Origin: Eutreptiella sp. 'Long Island Sound 2002'
Lineage: Eukaryota; Protista; Euglenida
DNA: 64,000 bases
NCBI GenBank assembly: GCA_964036045.1
Contig: OZ038379.1
Span: 54,746,001-54,810,000, forward strand
Direction: 5' to 3'
Shown: piece by piece, positions 58,123 through 64,000 of the stretch
How the letters are laid out: the number at the start of each line of letters is the position of its first letter
Numbering within the stretch: the stretch's first letter is position 1
Position numbers and translations under genes: made by a program
Notes under the pieces: generated by a model
The model's database searches: none
Told to the model about the DNA's origin: nothing
What the model saw: the letters and a program-made list of their open reading frames with translations, nothing else

Positions 58123-60099
58123 TAACACATTTATTGCGCTCTTGGATTCACATGTCCATCAGGCCATGAATGTGCAGCACACAGAAGCTGATCAACAAAC
58201 TGCACTCCTACCTAGAGAGATATCTTGGATCGAGGGCTGTCCTACTAAGTGCGTTGCGATGAGAACCACTCACATCTGGGATTGGTGCAATGGATCCAAA
58301 ACCACGTCCTACTCCACCTCCTGCTCCCAAACTTGCACCAAAACTCCCACCAAAGTGCAACCCGCAATCCTATGGACCACAACTAGCGGAAGGGCAAAAT
58401 AGGTTTGCGCAATAGGAGGGCGGATTCGAGTCCTCCGAGGGAGGGGGGTGGGCGGTCCAAGGACGGGGCTCCAAAGGCAGGAATGTTCATGAAACCAGAT
58501 TTTGGGTATTTTTTACCCTGTAGATTGAAGAAACCTCCGGACGTAACTCCCGCCGGACCCGACGGGATATAAAAGGGGGCACGGGCAGGGCTAGGGGGGC
58601 AGTTCCCCTTGTGCGCTCAATCGTAATGGCCAGTGTCCAACAAGTGTAACACCCCTTTTTGGCGGATCCAAATAGGGGTGGGGGCAAAAGAAAACACTGA
58701 GTCCTGGGGGCGCCCAAGGCTCCTCCTCGGGAGTCGAGATGCCCGACCCCGTTCTATACTGGGGTCTGGGAAATAGGCACTCACAACCCCTCCATCCCTC
58801 GCGGGCTGTAAAGGTGGCCGCTACCAGTTTCACCCGGTCAAAAAGGAGGTATGAAGCAGTTTTTTTTTAGCACCATTTTTGGGTTTTCTACATTTTTACA
58901 AGAAAAATGTCGGACATCATTGCTTTGCCTTTTCAACCTTCCCCTGTGCCATGCACTCCTCATGAATAATTTGGGAAATCGGAAGATGTTTTTATGTATG
59001 AGATATTTCCCTCCACCTCTTGGAAGGATGGAAATGGGATTGTCCCGCAAAGATGGGCTTTGCAAGAGAAGGTAGCAAAAAGGATAGCAGACAAGCGGCG
59101 CTCCATTGCAACGTTATTGCCCTTAAAAGCCCAAGTAAAGGCTAGCTGTCAAGAGGCACACTGCTTGAGAGTGAGAAAGCATTTTACCCGTATGGATCAT
59201 TTGGCGCGCAACTTTGCACTCGAGCGCGCCAAGTGTGCTCCCGTCAGGCTCCTACCTTCCCCCATTAGCGATGCCCACTTGATCACTACACCTCTTTGTT
59301 GAAAAGCATTTTAAACAAAGACGAGTCATTTGCCCCCTTCCCCCTATCCTCCCCCCTAAGCCCTCCACACCACGCCGAAGCACGATCACGGATTCGTTTA
59401 TGACCACCCCACGTCCTCTCCGCCCCGCCGCCTCCAAGCAAGTCCACAAAGGTACAGTAATGACGGACTTTTTTTGCCGCAGTACTGAGCGCTCCTTCCC
59501 ATCCCCAACAAAGTGGTCCTCACCCCAACAATCCATACCACTGCAACAATGCGCACTCCTCCAAGACTCACATTAGCACCCTCCGTGCATGCTGCACCTT
59601 GCAGTGCCACGTCCACGTCCACTTGCGATTGAACGTCAAGCATTGACTCTGAATCTAATTCCACAAGTCGTGATTCTCCTTGTGATTGCAGTACTTCAAG
59701 ATCTCATGTTTCCCATTCATCATATGATTTATTCTAGTCTTAGGTGTAGTGCCAATAGGAGGCCAAGGAGGGGCGCTGCTGCCCCCCCTCCCCCGGCCTT
59801 TTTTTGCGTTATGGGATGTAGCCGGAATGGACCGGAGATAAGTACCAGGACCGTTGGTTTGGGGTGGGCGGGTGCTGGAAATCATTTTTCATCATTGAAC
59901 CGTCGGATTTTGCGTTGTGCATGCTACTTTTTAGGCCCTTTGACCTTCGAGCCTCGAAGGGGGCACGGGAGTCTAGGAAAGGGGCTCGAACCCCCAACCC
60001 CCCCCGAGCAAAACTTTCTTCCGCGGTCCCAGCTAGGCGTATGGACGGGCCACCTCATGTTGCTCCAAAGTGGCTTGCCAATCCCGAAATGCTGTCCAT

Positions 60100-60720
60100 A
60101 AGCGTGCGGACACGCCCATTCAACGTTATTAGCAATGATGATGCAAGCACCTACCAATGGGCCGATGATACTGACTCAAATAATGCGATTTTGGTTCACG
60201 GGGCCACAAGCAGAGTCCCCCTAGTTCTTGAGGAGGATGAGTTCAGTTTGTCATATGATGTTACTACACAAAAATACAAACACCCTTGTGGACAGTGGCA
60301 CCCAGCTGAAAGAGATGTCGCCTTGTAAAAACGTGTTCTAGGTATTGTGTCCATCAATTTTTGGAGCACTGCATCGTCTTTTGTTGTCGAAATGGTTGTG
60401 TACAGAACACCTCTTGTATTGTTACCACTGATGGCCTAGCTGCAGGTAGTGCAAATGTTGCTGACGAACTTGATGTTCCTGCTGGGGATGCTGTAACGTC
60501 AGCCGAGCTGGGAACCCTTACATATTCAGTGCTTACGAGGACGGCGATGGTGCAACTAGTTGCGAGGAGTAGAGTGACTGCGTCGGTGGACCGGGATCGA
60601 TGGATTGAGGCGAAGAAGATGAAAATTCCTAACACAAAGCTCTCTTGCGACCAACATGCCGAACATGGATGGACCGCAAAACTTGACGAAAAGGATGTGC
60701 ACACGGGGGACGATCCTGGT
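60100..60720 (+). pseudogene. Decayed coding remnant with a possible SWIM-like motif
   Basis: KYKHPCGQWHPAERDVA then (frameshift) CKNVF*VL at ~60275-60345. Confidence 0.22.
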
Positions 60721-60924
60721 CGGGACCTGACCCCAAAGGGGGGGGACCCCCCCCCCCCCTCTACGGACTCCAAAATTGTCGCACGGCACAATGTGTTTTG
60801 TCGGCGCCAAACGCGCCGCACATTTTGTTTTGGGCATTCGCAGGGGGATTTTTTTTTGTTCGACCCTATGCGGCTAAACTCAAAATACTTGGAATTTCGG
60901 GGAGAATTCAAAAATGGCTGAAAA

Positions 60925-61260
60925 GCACAAAAAAGGTTATGTAGCCACCTTGCCCACTTCTGGGCCACTTCTGATTCTGCCCCCGGCCCCGAGGCGGAGG
61001 GGATCCCCGAGGCAGCAGGGGTTGTGTAGCCACCTTGCCCACAAGTGGGCCACTGCTGATTTTGTCCCCAGCTCTAAAGCGGAGGGCCCCCCAGAGGCGG
61101 CAGGGGTTATGTAGCCACCTTGCCCACATGTGGGCCACTTCTGAATCTGCCCCCCGCTCCGAAGCGGAGGGGCTCCCCGAGGCGGCAGGGGTTATGTAGC
61201 CACCTTGCCCACAAGTGGGCCACTTTTGATTCTGCCCCCCGCTCTGCTTGAGGCCCCTCC
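60925..61260. repeat. GTAGCCACCTTGCCCAC minisatellite copies
   Basis: Core at ~60941, 61026, 61111 and 61196 (85-bp spacing). Confidence 0.9.
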
Positions 61261-62836
61261 CCTCCCTTCGCTTCTCTATATATATGTCTGTGGTTTGTGA
61301 CAAGGGGTAGGGACGGCACACGACGAGTGGGAGGATGATTTTGCTGCTTGGGGCGCCTCCCCTTGCTTCGCTTCTATGTATATATGTCTGTGGTTTCCGA
61401 CAAGGGGAAGGCAAGGCCTTTGGGCGAACTGAAGACAACATTCAGTACTGCTCTGAAAGTGCTGCAGTGCAGCAAAACAATCATGAGCTATCAACCGTCA
61501 CAGTGCGTCTTGTTAGCTTTGTTTGTTTGCGCGCTTGGACGGGGCCTGATCGAAAAGATGCTAGGTTTGGGTCAACGAGGGGGGGGTCCCCCCCCCTTGG
61601 AGGGGAGTCCCCCCCCCACCTTACAGCCCCCCAACCTGTTGAACACCCCTTGGGGTCACACATTGGCTGGCAGCGGCCCCCGTGGATGTGCGGCTACGCT
61701 ACGAGATTCCGGAGTTGCATCCGCCACGAGGTACCCTAGAGCGTGAGGTGTGGATTGACGAAGGTACTGTTTGCAATGTCTCGTGTTTCTCATGCCTCGG
61801 TAGCCGCATTCCTAGAAAAAGCGCACCAAAGGTTGCTCTGACGTCAAACTCTCATTGAGACACACCAGTGTTAGACAGACGGGCGTAAGCGCGTTCTGGC
61901 ATGTCACCACATGACTGCGGTAGCATTTCGCCACTACAAAAGAATCATCTCGCAACAAAACTCCCCGCCAGAATGGTGCTTGTTCATTATTGCTGAAGTC
62001 ATTAAAAGTGACCGTGGCCTTGACTCGCGTCAAACTCTGGTGGGGGAAGCAACACGATACAATACTCCGTGAGGGTTTTCCAAACATCGCCAACAAGTGT
62101 GGAGAAGTTGCCCGTCATTCATTGCTCGTATAGTTGATTTCCTTGGAAAAGCGCGCCAAAGATCGCTTCGACCACAAAGTGGTACCGTGGCATACGCCTA
62201 TGGCACGCTTGTCTTGATGTCCACATTCAACCTTCCATGGCATGTGACCCCCTAATTCAGTCTCTTCATTTCGGTTATATGTCCGGAATGTAGTATGAGA
62301 TTCACCTAGGCAAGTACACTAACCAGAAGGAACTAGTTTCTGTCGCCATCAAGAAGGCGCGACTGCTAAAGGGGAAGAGCAATTTGGTATGTGAGTTTTC
62401 GTGGGCTTGCACTGAAGTTTCAATTGGATTCAACATCATTCTCCTTTCCTCTATAAATCATACGATGGTGTCTGGAAGTTGGGGAAGCCCCTATGCTATT
62501 TACTAGCCGGCACCAACAATGAGCTCTCTGAAGCTTTGTCGAAGTACCATGACAACACGGAGACAAGTTTGTAACGGCCAGCTGGTGCCTAGATGTACGT
62601 AGAACAGTACTTGCTTCTCCACTATTGGACCCTTTAACCGCATTTGGAAATCACGAGTCTGAAGGAGACATTGGGCCTTTGCTGGACACATATGACGCGG
62701 TTGTTGCCTTCGAGAAGCGGAAGGATGCCAAATCAATTGGATTGGGATGGCTTGTCATGGGTATCAAGTAAGGAAGCTGCTTGGAGGCATGCATTTTTGC
62801 ATTTTGCGAATACCTTTGTGCATCCCACGAAAAGAA

Positions 62837-62837
<1 letters not shown>

Positions 62838-62910
<73 letters not shown>

Positions 62911-62982
62911 TTCATACACACACACACACACACACACACAGACACACACATATATAAAGATATATATATATATATATATATC
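62838..62982. repeat. Compound (TA)n/(CA)n microsatellite
   Basis: Direct reading. Confidence 0.97.
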
Positions 62983-63969
62983 CTCCAATCTACACCCCTC
63001 TCCCAACTCTAGGTGGCTCCACCACACGGCTCTAAGGTACGTGCGAAGGGCACAAAGTGGTGCATACATGTGGTGGAAGGGGCTAAACTCGGTCAAAACG
63101 GGCTCAAAACGGGCTAAAAACACTTGTTTGAGCATCCCAAATGGTCTGGGATCACTTTTGGAAAAACGCGTTTTTGACCCATTTTTGACCCATTTTTGGT
63201 CCCCAAATGGCCCATTTTCAAGGCATTTTGGGATTTTCCATGAGCCAAAACCTGTCGCCACGGGCTCAAAATGGGCTAAAACCACTTGTTTGAGAGGCAT
63301 AAATGGTCCAGGATCACTTTTGGAAAAACGCGTTTTTCACCCATTTTTGACGCATTGTTTGTCCCAAAACGGCCCATTTTCAAGGTATTTTGGGATTTTC
63401 CATGGCCCCAAACGCGCCACCACGGGCTCAAAACGGCCTAAAAACACTTGTTTGAGCATCCCAAGTGGTCTAGGAACAACTTTGGAAAAAATGATTTTTT
63501 TCGCCCCGGGGACCCTGGTGGACCCACCGTTGGCCCCCACCGTGCGCGGGCCGGGCTGCCCTCCGGCTGCAACAAGTGACCACTGGTACGGGGGTCTGGG
63601 TGGCTCGTTGGGCTATTGTGAAGCTTGGAAACCACAAAAAGTGGGGGCTTGCGGGTGGACTAGGTGCCCTCGGAATTCGGATTTGAGCCACGTAACCCAA
63701 GATACGCCCTGTGCTTGGTTTCGGGGTGGTGATGCGCGTTGCGCAGGTTTTTGGGGCTTTTTGGCGCCTTTTTGGGCCAGTTCTCGGACATATCGTGGAA
63801 TTGAAGGGCACTAGAGAGCTCTTTGACACGGTGAAGTCAAGCCGCAGTGTACTCACCGTATCCCTTCGTTTGGGCGTTTCGCCCGGGTTTTGGGGCTGTT
63901 TTGGGCGAAAAATGGCTGTTTTTGGCCCAAAAGTGCGCAGATTGGGGAGGGCACCTCCTAACTTGGCGC

Positions 63970-63972
<3 letters not shown>
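62983..63972. mobile_element. ~1-kb repeat with 162-bp internal tandem units, lying between two (TA)n tracts
   Basis: GGGCTCAAAA(C/T)GG..TAAAA.CACTTGTTTGAG at 63100, 63262 and 63424; TA runs on both sides. Mobile status is inference. Confidence 0.45.

Positions 63973-64000
<28 letters not shown>

Noticed and set aside
61812-62740. Possible RT fragment (FNDFS, LRDDSFVV)
   Set aside because: Motif spacing is inconsistent with RT domains 3-5 and the surrounding frames are riddled with stops.
62644-63856. 355-aa ORF 62747-63814 and neighbours
   Set aside because: Made of (TA)n/(CA)n runs and 162-bp tandem units; no domain signature.

Overview
Repeat-dense eukaryotic genomic DNA (canonical GT-AG introns, microsatellites, no operons, rRNA or CRISPR). 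The host lineage cannot be fixed from the sequence. Almost everything recognisable is nested, partly decayed mobile DNA. (1) Four diverged members (A 9890-14985, B 32455-33130, C 42095-~45900, D ~46480-55394) and one non-coding relative (E 50652-54574) of a DNA-transposon group with CCCT...AGGG ends. The two copies with both ends visible have 2-bp target duplications. The group has an intron-containing DDE transposase whose motifs and spacing resemble the RAG1/Transib/CMC core but which lacks the zinc ligands, and conserved downstream exons ending in a Tudor/KOW-like domain. Each subfamily fills its introns with its own short palindromic motif, also seen at the ends in A and B/C. (2) A Penelope-like retroelement (RT on the minus strand, ~30560-32100) with inverted pseudo-LTRs, each holding a minimal hammerhead ribozyme that stops exactly at the predicted cleavage site. 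(3) A decayed Kyakuja/KDZ-like transposase, two ParB-like coding remnants, a CDK-like kinase remnant next to a cyclin-box ORF, a foldback-like element, a tRNA-like relic, and several related minisatellites. All protein calls come from motif recognition by eye; no database searches were run. Most short ORFs in the supplied track are spurious.
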